From contig JAGNZZ010000001.1 of NCBI GenBank assembly GCA_017984135.1, positions 185,832-249,831 of the forward strand: a stretch of DNA of 64,000 nt, in the 5' to 3' direction. The stretch is from Chitinophagales bacterium (GTDB lineage: Bacteria > Bacteroidota > Bacteroidia > Chitinophagales > JADIYW01). The notes beneath the pieces are model-generated. The model was not told the DNA's origin and ran no database searches. It worked only from the letters and a program-made list of their open reading frames with translations. The translations under genes were made by a program, and so were the position numbers. Positions 1 through 9,712 of this stretch are shown here, in pieces; the stretch's first letter is position 1, and the number at the start of each line of letters is the position of its first letter.

Positions 1-949
1 AGAAAATGACATTAAGCCAAGCGATATCATGACCTTCAAAGCGTTTGAAAATGCTATTAGAATGGTAATTGTTTTAGGAGGAAGTACCAATGCCGTTATG
101 CATTTAATTGCTATGGCAAAAACAATTGGTGTTCCACTTACCATAAATGATTTTGTTCGTTTAGGAAATGAAACACCAATGTTAGCAGATTTTAGACCAA
201 GTGGAAAATATGTAATGGAAGATTTACACCAAATTGGAGGTGTTCCTGCGGTGATGAAATATTTATTAAAAGTGGGTATGTTACACGGCGATTGTTTAAC
301 CGTAACTGGAAAAACATTAGCAGAAAATGTGGCAGAACTTCCTGACCTAACAGAAGGTCAAGATTTACTACATACCATTGATAATCCAATAAAGAAAACG
401 AGCCACATTCGAATTCTATATGGAAACATAGCCAGTGAAGGTGCAGTAGCAAAAATAACAGGTAAAGAAGGAGAACGATTTGACGGAACCGCTAAATGTT
501 TTAATACAGAACAAGAAGCAATTGATGCTATGAAAGATAAAAAGGTGGTAGCCGGAGATGTAGTGGTTATTCGATACATTGGACCAAGAGGTGCGCCTGG
601 CATGCCGGAAATGCTAAAGCCAACTTCAGTTTTAATGGGCGAAGGATTGGGTAAAGAAGTTGCCTTAATCACAGATGGTCGATTTAGTGGTGGTTCTCAT
701 GGCTTTGTGGTTGGACATGTAACGCCTGAAGCTCAAAATGGTGGAAACATTGCTTTAGTTCAAAATGGAGATAGAATAATAATTGATGCCGTGAATAATA
801 CCATCGATGTCATTCTCAGTGAGGAAGAATTAAATGCAAGAAGACAAAATTGGACTGCTCCAGCGTTAAAGGCTAAATCTGGAATCTTATATAAATATGC
901 AAAATCCGTTTCATCTGCCAGCAATGGTTGTGTTACAGACGATATATAA
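1..949 (+). CDS. ilvD: Dihydroxy-acid dehydratase, C-terminal ~306 aa (5' end lies outside the window)
   Basis: The ORF stays open in frame back to position 2. Motifs [21 protein letters not shown] and [12 protein letters not shown] are typical of the IlvD/Edd family. It sits next to ilvB/ilvC. Confidence 0.95.
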   Translation, partial: ENDIKPSDIMTFKAFENAIRMVIVLGGSTNAVMHLIAMAKTIGVPLTINDFVRLGNETPMLADFRPSGKYVMEDLHQIGGVPAVMKYLLKVGMLHGDCLTVTGKTLAENVAELPDLTEGQDLLHTIDNPIKKTSHIRILYGNIASEGAVAKITGKEGERFDGTAKCFNTEQEAIDAMKDKKVVAGDVVVIRYIGPRGAPGMPEMLKPTSVLMGEGLGKEVALITDGRFSGGSHGFVVGHVTPEAQNGGNIALVQNGDRIIIDAVNNTIDVILSEEELNARRQNWTAPALKAKSGILYKYAKSVSSASNGCVTDDI

Positions 950-973
950 CATGACTTATTCTTATGTAGATAT

Positions 974-1048
974 GGGCGTTTAGTTCAGTTGGTTTAGAGC
1001 GCTACCTCGACAAGGTAGAAGTCATTGGTTCGAGTCCAATAATGCCCA
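974..1048 (+). tRNA. tRNA-Val (anticodon GAC), with C instead of U at position 33
   Basis: Cloverleaf folded by hand. Acceptor GGGCGTT/AATGCCC (one G-U), D arm GTTC/GAGC with GG in the loop, anticodon stem CTACC/GGTAG with loop TCGACAA, variable loop AAGTC, T arm ATTGG-TTCGAGT-CCAAT, discriminator A. No CCA is encoded, and a T-run follows. Confidence 0.85.
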
Positions 1049-1135
1049 TTTTTTTTCTCCTTTCAAATAATAATCATTATTTTGATATTCCAAAGAAGCA
1101 AATTATAAATAATAGCTATTAATGAAATTCAATAA

Positions 1136-2110
1136 ATGATATCTATAAAGTCAATAGCAATACTAACATCCGGTGGCGATGCACCAGGAATGAATGCCTG
1201 TATTCGAGCTGTAGTTCGATCATCTATTCAACATCATATACAAGTATTTGGAGTCTTTAACGGATTCGATGGATTAATAGATGATAATATAAAGAAATTA
1301 AACTCCAAAAATGTAGGAAATATTATTCAAAGAGGTGGAACCATCTTGAAATCATCTAGAAGTAAGCGTTTTATTACAATTGAGGGAAGAGCTGTAGCTT
1401 TCAACAATCTAAAAAAAAATGAAATTGATGCTCTAATTGTTATAGGTGGCGATGGTACATTTAAAGGAGCATCACAATTTTCAAAAGAATATAATTTACC
1501 CATCATCGGAATTCCTGGAACGATTGATAATGATTTATATGGTACAGATTATACAATAGGTTTTGATTCGGCCGTACAAACTGCTGTAGAATTGATTGAT
1601 AAAGTTAGAGATACAGCCAATGCTTTAGGCCGATTGTTTTTCATAGAAGTGATGGGGCGAGATGTTGGCTCAATTGCTTTGCAAGCTGGCTTAGCGGCCG
1701 GCGCAGAAGATATTTTAATTCCTGAAATAAAAACTGATTTGCATGAATTATCAGAAAAACTTAAATCATGTAAACATAAAGAATCCATTATTGTTGTAGT
1801 GGCAGAAGGAGATGATGCTGGCGGCGTTATAGAAATAGCAGCAAAATTTCAAAAATTACATCCTGAATACGACATTAAAACACTTGTTTTAGGCCATTTG
1901 CTTAGAGGAGGAAATCCAACAGCGAACGATAGAATTTTAGCCTCAAGGTTAGGAGTAGCAGCTGTTGAAACCTTAGTAAATGGGTATTCAAATGTGATGG
2001 TAGGTATAAAACAGAATAAAATAACATTAACCAATTTGGAGTTATGTAAAAAACATTACTTAACAATCAATCAAGAGTGGAAAAAATTAATGGATTTGTT
2101 TTCGTCTTAA
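1136..2110 (+). CDS. pfkA: ATP-dependent 6-phosphofructokinase
   Basis: 324-aa ORF with GGDAPGMNA, IGGDGTF and PGTIDND motifs of the PfkA family. GGDG rather than GGDD argues for ATP dependence. Confidence 0.92.
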   Translation: MISIKSIAILTSGGDAPGMNACIRAVVRSSIQHHIQVFGVFNGFDGLIDDNIKKLNSKNVGNIIQRGGTILKSSRSKRFITIEGRAVAFNNLKKNEIDALIVIGGDGTFKGASQFSKEYNLPIIGIPGTIDNDLYGTDYTIGFDSAVQTAVELIDKVRDTANALGRLFFIEVMGRDVGSIALQAGLAAGAEDILIPEIKTDLHELSEKLKSCKHKESIIVVVAEGDDAGGVIEIAAKFQKLHPEYDIKTLVLGHLLRGGNPTANDRILASRLGVAAVETLVNGYSNVMVGIKQNKITLTNLELCKKHYLTINQEWKKLMDLFSS

Positions 2111-2211
2111 CAAAACAAACGTAAAGCATTTACTTTAACAAGAAGTTTGTTAAGAAATCACTATTTATTGCAAAATCAACATTCATTTTTTTAATACAAG
2201 TCAATATTTAG

Positions 2212-2219
2212 TAGATTTG
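2212..2219 (+). promoter_or_regulatory. Candidate Bacteroidota -7 promoter box TAGATTTG upstream of ilvB
   Basis: Matches TAnnTTTG, 22 nt before the ilvB ATG at 2242. Confidence 0.4.
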
Positions 2220-2241
2220 TAATAAGCATAGTATTTTAAAA

Positions 2242-3948
2242 ATGTCAACTACAAAAACTCAAATATCAGGCGCAGAAGCAGTCATAAAATGTTTAGTCGA
2301 AGAAGGAATTGATTTAATTTATGGTTATCCTGGAGGAGCAATTATGCCTATTTATGATGCATTATGGCATTACATGGATAAAATTAATCACGTTTTAACT
2401 CGACATGAACAAGGTGCTACACATGCTGCACAAGGTTGGGCTAGAGTAAACGGAAAAGCTGCTGTTTGCTTTGCTACTTCTGGTCCAGGTGCAACCAATT
2501 TAATAACCGGAATAGCAGATGCCATCATGGATAGCACGCCAATGATTTGTATTACAGGTCAAGTACCCATGCATCTTTTAGGAACGGATGCTTTTCAAGA
2601 AACAGATGTTGTTGGCATTACAATGCCTATTACCAAATGGAACTATCAAATAACCAAAGCTGCTGAAATTCCAGAGATTTTAGCCAAAGCATTTTATATT
2701 GCAAATTCCGGAAAACCTGGACCGGTTTTAATTGATATAACTAAAAATGCTCAGTTTGAAATGATGGAATGGACGGATTATTCACCTTGCACCTCTGTTA
2801 GAGGATATATTGCTAAAGCAGATGTTAATGTGTCCAAAATCCAACAAGCTGCTGAAATAATTAATTCAAGTAAAAAACCATTAATTATTGCAGGTCAAGG
2901 TGTTATAATATCCAAATCAAAGGACAATTTAGAAAAGCTTTCAACTAAATCTGGAATTCCGGTAACAACAACCATGCAAGGATTGGGTGGTTTTAACCCA
3001 GATCATCCTAATTATGTTGGTATTCCAGGAATGCATGGTAATTATTCTGTCAATATAAAAATGAATGAATGCGATGTAATGATTGCAATTGGCATGCGAT
3101 TCGATGATCGTGTGACGGGTGATGTAAGTAAATTTGCAAAACAAGCTAAAGTTATTCATATCGATATTGATCCAGTAGAGATTAATAAAGTAGTAAAAAC
3201 AGAAGTAGGTATCAGTGCAGATGCGAAAGAAGCAATAGACGTACTATTACCATACATCCTTGAAAAGAATCACGAAGCTTGGATTCAAACATTTAAAGAT
3301 TTAGATGCTCAAGAAGAACAAATTGTAATTCAACCTGCTATTCATCCATCTTCAGATGGAATAAAAATGGGTGAAATTATGCATTTAATTGACAATAAAA
3401 CAAAAGGAAACGCCATCATTGTTCCAGATGTGGGTCAACATCAAATGTATGCGATGCGTTACTATAATTATAGACAACCTAACTCTTGGGTTTCAAGTGG
3501 TGGATTGGGCACTATGGGGTTTGCTTTGCCGGCGGCAGTTGGCGCACAAATGGCAGCGCCAGATCGAACGGTTGTGGCTATTATTGGAGATGGTTGTTTT
3601 CAAATGACTATTCAAGAATTAGGAACTATCTGGCAAAATAACTTAAATGTGAAAGTAGTTATCTTTAATAATAACTACTTAGGCATGGTACGACAATGGC
3701 AACAGTTGTTTTTTGATAATCGATATTCTCAAGTTGAACTAAAAAATCCTGACTTTGTTACCATTGCTAAAGGATTTAGACTGGAAGCAGCAAAAGTGGA
3801 AAAACGAGAGGAATTAAGTGACGCTTTAGATAAAATGTTTGCGCACCAAGGTGGCTATGTTTTAGAAGTTGTTGTTGAAAAAGAAGAAAATTTATTCCCA
3901 ATGGTTCCAAGCGGAAAAGCTTGTAGCGATGTAATTTTAGAACCTTAA
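2242..3948 (+). CDS. ilvB: Acetolactate synthase (acetohydroxy-acid synthase) large subunit
   Basis: 568-aa ThDP-enzyme ORF with GYPGGAIMPIYDAL at the N-terminus and a GDGCFQM ... NNNYLGMVRQWQ ThDP-binding motif. Located in the ilv gene context. Confidence 0.93.
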   Translation: MSTTKTQISGAEAVIKCLVEEGIDLIYGYPGGAIMPIYDALWHYMDKINHVLTRHEQGATHAAQGWARVNGKAAVCFATSGPGATNLITGIADAIMDSTPMICITGQVPMHLLGTDAFQETDVVGITMPITKWNYQITKAAEIPEILAKAFYIANSGKPGPVLIDITKNAQFEMMEWTDYSPCTSVRGYIAKADVNVSKIQQAAEIINSSKKPLIIAGQGVIISKSKDNLEKLSTKSGIPVTTTMQGLGGFNPDHPNYVGIPGMHGNYSVNIKMNECDVMIAIGMRFDDRVTGDVSKFAKQAKVIHIDIDPVEINKVVKTEVGISADAKEAIDVLLPYILEKNHEAWIQTFKDLDAQEEQIVIQPAIHPSSDGIKMGEIMHLIDNKTKGNAIIVPDVGQHQMYAMRYYNYRQPNSWVSSGGLGTMGFALPAAVGAQMAAPDRTVVAIIGDGCFQMTIQELGTIWQNNLNVKVVIFNNNYLGMVRQWQQLFFDNRYSQVELKNPDFVTIAKGFRLEAAKVEKREELSDALDKMFAHQGGYVLEVVVEKEENLFPMVPSGKACSDVILEP

Positions 3949-3954
3949 TTTATA

Positions 3955-4185
3955 ATGAAACCATATAAAATACAATTTATTTCTTATAATCAGCCGATAT
4001 TAATCGGTCGATTTATGCTCATTTTTTCAAGAAGAAGAGTGGACGTAACCAATTATTCTTTTAAAAAAATAAATGAAAATGATGGTGAATTTACTATCGA
4101 ATTTAATGCTGAAACTTGGGCTGCTGAAAATTTATTAAAACAAATTAATAAACAAATTGATATTTTTGAAGCACAATTAACTTAG
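3955..4185 (+). CDS. ilvN: Probable minimal acetolactate synthase regulatory subunit (single ACT-like domain, 76 aa)
   Basis: Starts 6 nt after the ilvB stop, the canonical small-subunit position. ILIGRFMLIFSRRRVDVTNYSF resembles the ACT-domain core (L-R-v-l-F-RRg-Ni-sl) of IlvN/IlvH. It lacks the second (ALS_ss_C) domain. Confidence 0.55.
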   Translation: MKPYKIQFISYNQPILIGRFMLIFSRRRVDVTNYSFKKINENDGEFTIEFNAETWAAENLLKQINKQIDIFEAQLT

Positions 4186-4253
4186 ATAATTAATATTTTT
4201 TTTTTAAAAACTATAATAAATCATCCTTTTAAAATCTTAAATTAAACAAAATC

Positions 4254-5297
4254 ATGGCAGTAATGAACTTTGGCGGAACAGAAGAAAACGTAGTAACACG
4301 TGACGAATTTCCGTTAGCAAAAGCAAAAGAAGTATTAAAAGACGAAGTAATCGCTATAATTGGTTATGGCGTTCAAGGTCCTGGACAGGCATTAAACTTA
4401 CGCGATAATGGATTTAATGTAATCGTAGGGCAACGCAAGCCGTCAAAATCTTGGGACAAAGCAGAAAAAGATGGATTTGTAGCCGGAACTACATTATTTG
4501 AACCAGAACAAGCTTTAGAAAAAGCAACTATCATTATGTATTTATTATCGGACGCTGCTCAAATTGAAATGTGGCCAACCGTAAAAAAACATTTAACGGC
4601 TGGAAAAGCATTATATTTTTCACACGGATTTGGCATTACTTATAAAGATAGAACAGGTATTATTCCACCTGCAGATGTAGATGTTATTTTAACCGCGCCT
4701 AAAGGTTCAGGAACTTCATTACGTCGTTTATTTTTAGAAGGAAAAGGGTTAAATTCTTCGTATGCAATTTTCCAAGATGCAACTGGTAAAGCTCAGGATA
4801 GAACAATTGCATTGGGTATTGGCATTGGCTCTGGTTATTTATTTGAAACTACTTTCCAAAAAGAAGTATATTCTGATTTAACAGGCGAACGTGGTGTATT
4901 AATGGGTGCATTAGCTGGCATCATGGAAGCTCAATACAGCGTATTGCGTAAAAACGGACATTCACCTTCTGAGGCTTTCAATGAAACTGTAGAAGAATTA
5001 ACAGAATCATTAATCAAATTAGTATCAGAAAATGGAATGGATTGGATGTATGGTAACTGTTCTACTACTGCTCAACGTGGAGCCTTAGACTGGAAAGGCC
5101 CATTCCGTGAAGCCGTTCTTCCTGTATTCGACGAATTATATACAAAAGTGGCAGCTGGTGAAGAAGCCCAACGTTCTATTGATACAAATTCACAACCTGA
5201 TTACAGAGAAAAATTAGAAGCAGAATTAGCTGAAATCAGAAACTCTGAAATGTGGCAAACCGGAAAAGTAGTACGTAGTTTACGTCCGGGAAAATAA
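4254..5297 (+). CDS. ilvC: Ketol-acid reductoisomerase (class I)
   Basis: 347-aa ORF with the GYGVQGPGQALNLRDNG Rossmann motif and LSDAAQ and SHGF motifs typical of IlvC. Confidence 0.95.
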   Translation: MAVMNFGGTEENVVTRDEFPLAKAKEVLKDEVIAIIGYGVQGPGQALNLRDNGFNVIVGQRKPSKSWDKAEKDGFVAGTTLFEPEQALEKATIIMYLLSDAAQIEMWPTVKKHLTAGKALYFSHGFGITYKDRTGIIPPADVDVILTAPKGSGTSLRRLFLEGKGLNSSYAIFQDATGKAQDRTIALGIGIGSGYLFETTFQKEVYSDLTGERGVLMGALAGIMEAQYSVLRKNGHSPSEAFNETVEELTESLIKLVSENGMDWMYGNCSTTAQRGALDWKGPFREAVLPVFDELYTKVAAGEEAQRSIDTNSQPDYREKLEAELAEIRNSEMWQTGKVVRSLRPGK

Positions 5298-5321
5298 GAT
5301 TATTTAAAATAAATCAAATAG

Positions 5322-5359
5322 AAAGCACTTTCAATTTATACTGAAAGTGCTTTTTTTTT
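5322..5359. terminator. Intrinsic terminator between convergent ilvC and the PON-like gene
   Basis: 12-bp perfect stem AAAGCACTTTCA / TGAAAGTGCTTT with an 8-nt loop, followed by a T-run. Confidence 0.8.
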
Positions 5360-5370
5360 ATAGCCTATTA

Positions 5371-6357
5371 CTAATCATCGTAATGCGTAATTTTCATTAT
5401 AAATCCACTAAATACTTGTGATAAATACAAATTTTCATCGACCACAATTGCCGTAGATGATCCAGATATTTGAGAACCATCATTAGCGTAAATAAGTCGT
5501 TCAGCACCTGTTTTTTTATTTATAGCATACGTTTTACACGGTGATAATACATTTGGAAAATATGCTGAAAGAGCAAATTTAATTTCATCTGGATGTACTG
5601 CAATTATTAGTTCATCACCATAAACAGAAATATTATCCATACCATTAATACTATTTAATTTATGCTTGTTTTTCAATAGACCATTTGCTTGTATTTCATA
5701 AGTATATAAACCATAATGCCTAGAAGTAGCTAAATATAAAGTAGTTCCTTCATTATATAATCCATTGGGAAAACCTAAAGCACTATCTACTTTTTTCCAA
5801 TTTAAATTCCCATCACAATAAACTAAAGAACCACTAAATGGATTCGTAACTATATCTACAATATTGGTCGAGTTTTTATCATTTGTAAAAAAAAAACTAC
5901 CATTCGGCAAAACGGTTAAATCGTTGGGTGATATCACTAAATCATGTTTGAACTCTTTTATAAATTCTAAATGATCCTTATGTATTTTAAATTGTAAAAT
6001 GGAACTATTTTTTCCGATATCTCTGTAATGGTTAATTGCAAATAAATAGGAAATATTGTTTATAATTTGAAGATCTATACCATGTGGATGCAATGGAATA
6101 CTCGTAGGAAGATTTGAAATAGGCAGACTCGTACATATATCAGTATTTAAATTAAGTTGTTGAAATTCACCATGTAAAGGCATGCCATCTCTATTTTCAC
6201 TACAAGAAACGATTAGTCTATGATTAAGTTTGTCGTGGATAATATCTTCTGGACCATTTGCCGTACTTATTTTATTAAATGTCTTTTGGATACTTACTTT
6301 CTCACATGAAAAAATTGAACAAAGTATAATATTCAAAAACACAAATTTCTTTAGCAT
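5371..6357 (-). CDS. Paraoxonase/arylesterase-family (PON-like) six-bladed beta-propeller lipoprotein, putative lactonase
   Basis: Full-length manual alignment to mammalian PON1: GPED, HPHGID, AINHY, SPNDLTV...FFFTND, FPNGL, MDNISV, YANDGS..GSS. The likely start is MLKKF at 6357, giving a signal peptide with lipobox SIFSC. The longer ORF to 6396 would overlap argB. Confidence 0.75.
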   Translation of the reverse strand: MLKKFVFLNIILCSIFSCEKVSIQKTFNKISTANGPEDIIHDKLNHRLIVSCSENRDGMPLHGEFQQLNLNTDICTSLPISNLPTSIPLHPHGIDLQIINNISYLFAINHYRDIGKNSSILQFKIHKDHLEFIKEFKHDLVISPNDLTVLPNGSFFFTNDKNSTNIVDIVTNPFSGSLVYCDGNLNWKKVDSALGFPNGLYNEGTTLYLATSRHYGLYTYEIQANGLLKNKHKLNSINGMDNISVYGDELIIAVHPDEIKFALSAYFPNVLSPCKTYAINKKTGAERLIYANDGSQISGSSTAIVVDENLYLSQVFSGFIMKITHYDD

Positions 6358-6386
6358 ATTATTATTTTTACAGATAAATATACCTA

Positions 6387-7178
6387 TTGGATTCAATAAT
6401 TGTTATAAAAATTGGTGGAAATATAATTGACGATGAAAATGCATTACATCAATTTTTGTCTGATTTTAGTAAAATAAACCAGCCTAAAATACTGATTCAC
6501 GGCGGTGGAAAAATAGCAACTCAACTCTGTGAAAAATTACAAATTGAAACGCAACTAATTGATGGTCGACGAGTAACAGATGAAAAAACATTAGATGTTG
6601 TTACGATGGTTTATGCCGGTTTAATTAATAAAAAAATTGTCGCAAAATTGCAAGCATTTGACGTCAATGCAATCGGTTTTACTGGTGCTGACGCCAATAG
6701 CATACAATCACACAAACGCGTTCATAACGAAATAGATTTTGGGTTTGTAGGTGATATCGATTTTGTAAATGCTGATTTCTTTTTAGATTTAATCAAGAAT
6801 AATTTTACACCCATTCTGGCACCAATAACCCATGATAAAAAGGGTAATTTATTAAATACCAATGCGGATTCAATGGCATCACAAATTGCAATTGCATTAT
6901 CCAAATACAAACCAATTGAATTTTATTATTGCTTTGAAAAAGATGGATTATTAAAAGATATTAACGATAATTCAAGCATCATTCATCAAGTATTTTTAAA
7001 TGAAATTGAAACATTAAAAAGTACAAATATTATTTCTGATGGGATGATTCCTAAAATAAACAACGTCGAACAAGCATTAAAAAATGGCGTGCACAAAGTC
7101 ATTTTATGCCATGCTAAAGATGTACTTAAAAATGTAAATGAAAATGCTATTTTTGGAACCACCTTTACCATAAATTAA
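6387..7178 (+). CDS. argB: Acetylglutamate kinase
   Basis: 263-aa ORF with a TTG start. VIKIGGN, LIHGGG and NTNAD motifs of the amino-acid kinase family / ArgB. Confidence 0.88.
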   Translation: MDSIIVIKIGGNIIDDENALHQFLSDFSKINQPKILIHGGGKIATQLCEKLQIETQLIDGRRVTDEKTLDVVTMVYAGLINKKIVAKLQAFDVNAIGFTGADANSIQSHKRVHNEIDFGFVGDIDFVNADFFLDLIKNNFTPILAPITHDKKGNLLNTNADSMASQIAIALSKYKPIEFYYCFEKDGLLKDINDNSSIIHQVFLNEIETLKSTNIISDGMIPKINNVEQALKNGVHKVILCHAKDVLKNVNENAIFGTTFTIN

Positions 7179-7180
7179 AT

Positions 7181-8248
7181 ATGACAAAAAAACAAGAAGA
7201 ACCATTGATGCAATGCATTGATTTATTGCAACAACTTATTGCAACAACTTCATTTAGCAAAGAAGAAGAAAAAGTAGCTGATGTAATTCAGAAATTCTTA
7301 AAATCAAAAAAAATTCCTTTTGAATCCAAATTAAATAATACTTGGATTAAAAATAAACACTTCAATTTTTTAAAACCAACCATCTTATTAAATTCTCATA
7401 CTGATACAGTAAAACCGGTAAGCGGTTGGATAAAAGATCCATTTACTCCAACACTTGAGGAAGGTAAACTTTTTGGCTTAGGAAGTAATGATGCCGGTGC
7501 AGCATTGGTAACTCTATTAGCTACTTTTTTATATTTTTACGACAAAGAAGATTTAAAATATAACCTCATTTTTGCCGCCACTGCAGAAGAAGAAATTTCA
7601 GGAAAAAATGGAATTGAAATTTTAGACGATATCACTACAAATTGTGAATTTGCTATTGTAGGTGAGCCCACCGAAATGAAAATGGCAATTGCTGAAAAAG
7701 GCTTAATGGTGATTGATGCCGAAGTAAGAGGCAAAGCAGGTCATGCCGCACGAAATGAAGGTGTCAATGCCATCTACTTAGCAATGATTGATGTTCAATG
7801 GTTTCAGAATTATCAATTTAAAAAAATAAATCCAGTTTTAGGACCTGTGAAAATGACTGTAAGCATGATTCAGGCCGGCACACAACACAATGTAATTCCG
7901 GATTCATGCAAATACACCATCGATGTACGTACCATTCCTGAATACAATAGTGAACAACTTTTAGAAATTATTAGCGATAACGTAAAAGCTACCATAAATG
8001 CACGCTCTACACGCTTACAACCATCTCAAATAGATAAAGATCATTTAATTGTTAAAGCAGCTGAAAAATTAAATATTGAAACATTTGGATCTTCTACTTT
8101 ATCGGATCAAACCTTATTAAAAATTCCAAGTGTAAAAATGGGTCCTGGAAAATCAGAACGTTCTCATACGGCAGATGAGTTTATTTTTATTCAAGAAATG
8201 GAAGATGGATATTCTATTTATAAAAAATTATTAGAACATATTTTATAA
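7181..8248 (+). CDS. argE: M20-family deacylase, ArgE-like (acetylornithine deacetylase / acyl-citrulline deacylase)
   Basis: 355-aa ORF immediately after argB. Metal-ligand motifs NSHTDTV, GSNDAG and EEE of the M20 peptidase family. Confidence 0.75.
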   Translation: MTKKQEEPLMQCIDLLQQLIATTSFSKEEEKVADVIQKFLKSKKIPFESKLNNTWIKNKHFNFLKPTILLNSHTDTVKPVSGWIKDPFTPTLEEGKLFGLGSNDAGAALVTLLATFLYFYDKEDLKYNLIFAATAEEEISGKNGIEILDDITTNCEFAIVGEPTEMKMAIAEKGLMVIDAEVRGKAGHAARNEGVNAIYLAMIDVQWFQNYQFKKINPVLGPVKMTVSMIQAGTQHNVIPDSCKYTIDVRTIPEYNSEQLLEIISDNVKATINARSTRLQPSQIDKDHLIVKAAEKLNIETFGSSTLSDQTLLKIPSVKMGPGKSERSHTADEFIFIQEMEDGYSIYKKLLEHIL

Positions 8249-9136
8249 TCAAAATCGACAATAAACACCCAAAGGTAATTTTTGTTCCGTCGTAGATGGA
8301 ATATATAGCTCACCATATTCTGGTTGCACTTTATTAAAGCTTGTTTTTGAAAGATTATCGGAAATAATATTTTCAATAATTAAGGATGAAAAACCTAAAG
8401 AATACGTGTTCAATAAATAAAAATGATTTTCTTTATCTAAGAGCGAAAGCGTATCAAAAACCATTTCATTAATTTGATCTTCTAATTTCCATTTTTCACC
8501 ATCTGTTCCATGTCCGTACGCCGGTGGATCTAAGATAATTCCTTGATATATTTTTCCTCTTTTCAATTCTCTTTTTACAAATTTTACAGCATCTTCCACT
8601 ACCCAACGAATGTCTTTCAACTTTGAAGACTCCATATTTCTGTTTGCCCAACTCACCACTTGTTTAATAGAATCAACGTGAAACGTTTCTGCACCACCAG
8701 CGGTAGCGGCTAAACTTGCGCCACCTGTATAAGCAAATAAATTCAATACTTTCACATGTTCCATTTGGCTTTTTAATGCAGCTGTACGCTGAAAAATATA
8801 ATCCCAATTCACACTTTGTTCCGGAAAAATACCTACATGTTTAAACTTAGTCAACGCCAGATTAAAACTAATATCTAATCCATTATGTTGATAATTCAAT
8901 AGCCAATTTTCAGGCATTTTTTTCAGAAAATTCCATTTTCCAGAAGAAGAAGAAAGACTTTCGAATTGCACATGTGCTTGACTTTTCCATTCCGCATCAG
9001 AAATTTTTTTATTCCAAATAGCTTGCGGTTCCGGACGAATGGTGATATAATTTCCAAATCGTTCTAATTTCTGAAAATCACCGGAATCGATTAATTCATA
9101 TTGGGTAAAATGTGCCGGAAAAATAGTTGATATCAT
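8249..9136 (-). CDS. Class I SAM-dependent methyltransferase (RlmI/RlmK-like, Methyltrans_SAM type)
   Basis: 295-aa ORF with NLFAYTGGASLAA (SAM motif I) and ILDPPAYGHG (motif IV-like DPP). Confidence 0.7.
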   Translation of the reverse strand: MISTIFPAHFTQYELIDSGDFQKLERFGNYITIRPEPQAIWNKKISDAEWKSQAHVQFESLSSSSGKWNFLKKMPENWLLNYQHNGLDISFNLALTKFKHVGIFPEQSVNWDYIFQRTAALKSQMEHVKVLNLFAYTGGASLAATAGGAETFHVDSIKQVVSWANRNMESSKLKDIRWVVEDAVKFVKRELKRGKIYQGIILDPPAYGHGTDGEKWKLEDQINEMVFDTLSLLDKENHFYLLNTYSLGFSSLIIENIISDNLSKTSFNKVQPEYGELYIPSTTEQKLPLGVYCRF

Positions 9137-9139
9137 TAT

Positions 9140-9700
9140 TTATACTTTCTCATTTTTAAAAATAGCTGCACCAATTGCTGAAGTAATTGAGCCAAAAAGT
9201 ATGCTTGAAATGAAACTCATTACCATCATAAATGTGGGTGAAATAAATTTATGTGTCATTTCAATTCCTTTTTCTATCTGCTCATCGTTTAAGCCATTTT
9301 TTGCCATTTCAGTTCTACTGATTTCTAAAATTTTATCAGCAAAATCAGGATTAATCAGTTGAATATAGATATTAAAATAAATAAGCATACCTATTGCCGC
9401 GATTATTGAAATAATAAATCCAACTTTAAATAATTTTCCAAACGAAAAGGCATAAGAGCTATTCATTTTTACAATTTGCTTTTGAGCAACAAGTAGTATT
9501 ATTAGAAAAACAATTATAGGCATCCATTTTAATAATCCATGAAATTCATAGTTTAAAATGAATAATAAAATAGAGACAAACACAGCCGAAAATGCTGCGA
9601 TTATACCAAATCTATACGCAACACTATTTATTTCAATTTCATTTTTTACACTTGTTTTATCCTGAAAATGATTAGTATCCATTTGTCTAATTTTAAACAA
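9140..9700 (-). CDS. Small integral membrane protein, DUF4199-like
   Basis: 186-aa ORF with about four hydrophobic helices. Size and architecture fit the Bacteroidota DUF4199 family. The family call is from memory. Confidence 0.45.
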   Translation of the reverse strand: MFKIRQMDTNHFQDKTSVKNEIEINSVAYRFGIIAAFSAVFVSILLFILNYEFHGLLKWMPIIVFLIILLVAQKQIVKMNSSYAFSFGKLFKVGFIISIIAAIGMLIYFNIYIQLINPDFADKILEISRTEMAKNGLNDEQIEKGIEMTHKFISPTFMMVMSFISSILFGSITSAIGAAIFKNEKV

Positions 9701-9712
9701 AAGTAATAAAAA

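Noticed and set aside
8246-8251. The convergent argE-like and methyltransferase genes abut with zero intergenic nucleotides (stop codons back to back).
   Set aside because: It is a real feature of the sequence but simply reflects compact genome organisation. No additional signal, such as a hairpin or overlapping motif, was detectable.
8676-8684. A possible parS site (ACGTGAAAC), noticed while searching for the TGTTNCACGTGAAACA centromere sequence expected near parAB.
   Set aside because: Only one half-site matches, the left arm does not, and it lies inside the methyltransferase coding region. I found no full palindromic parS by eye anywhere in the window, and a computational scan is needed before concluding absence.
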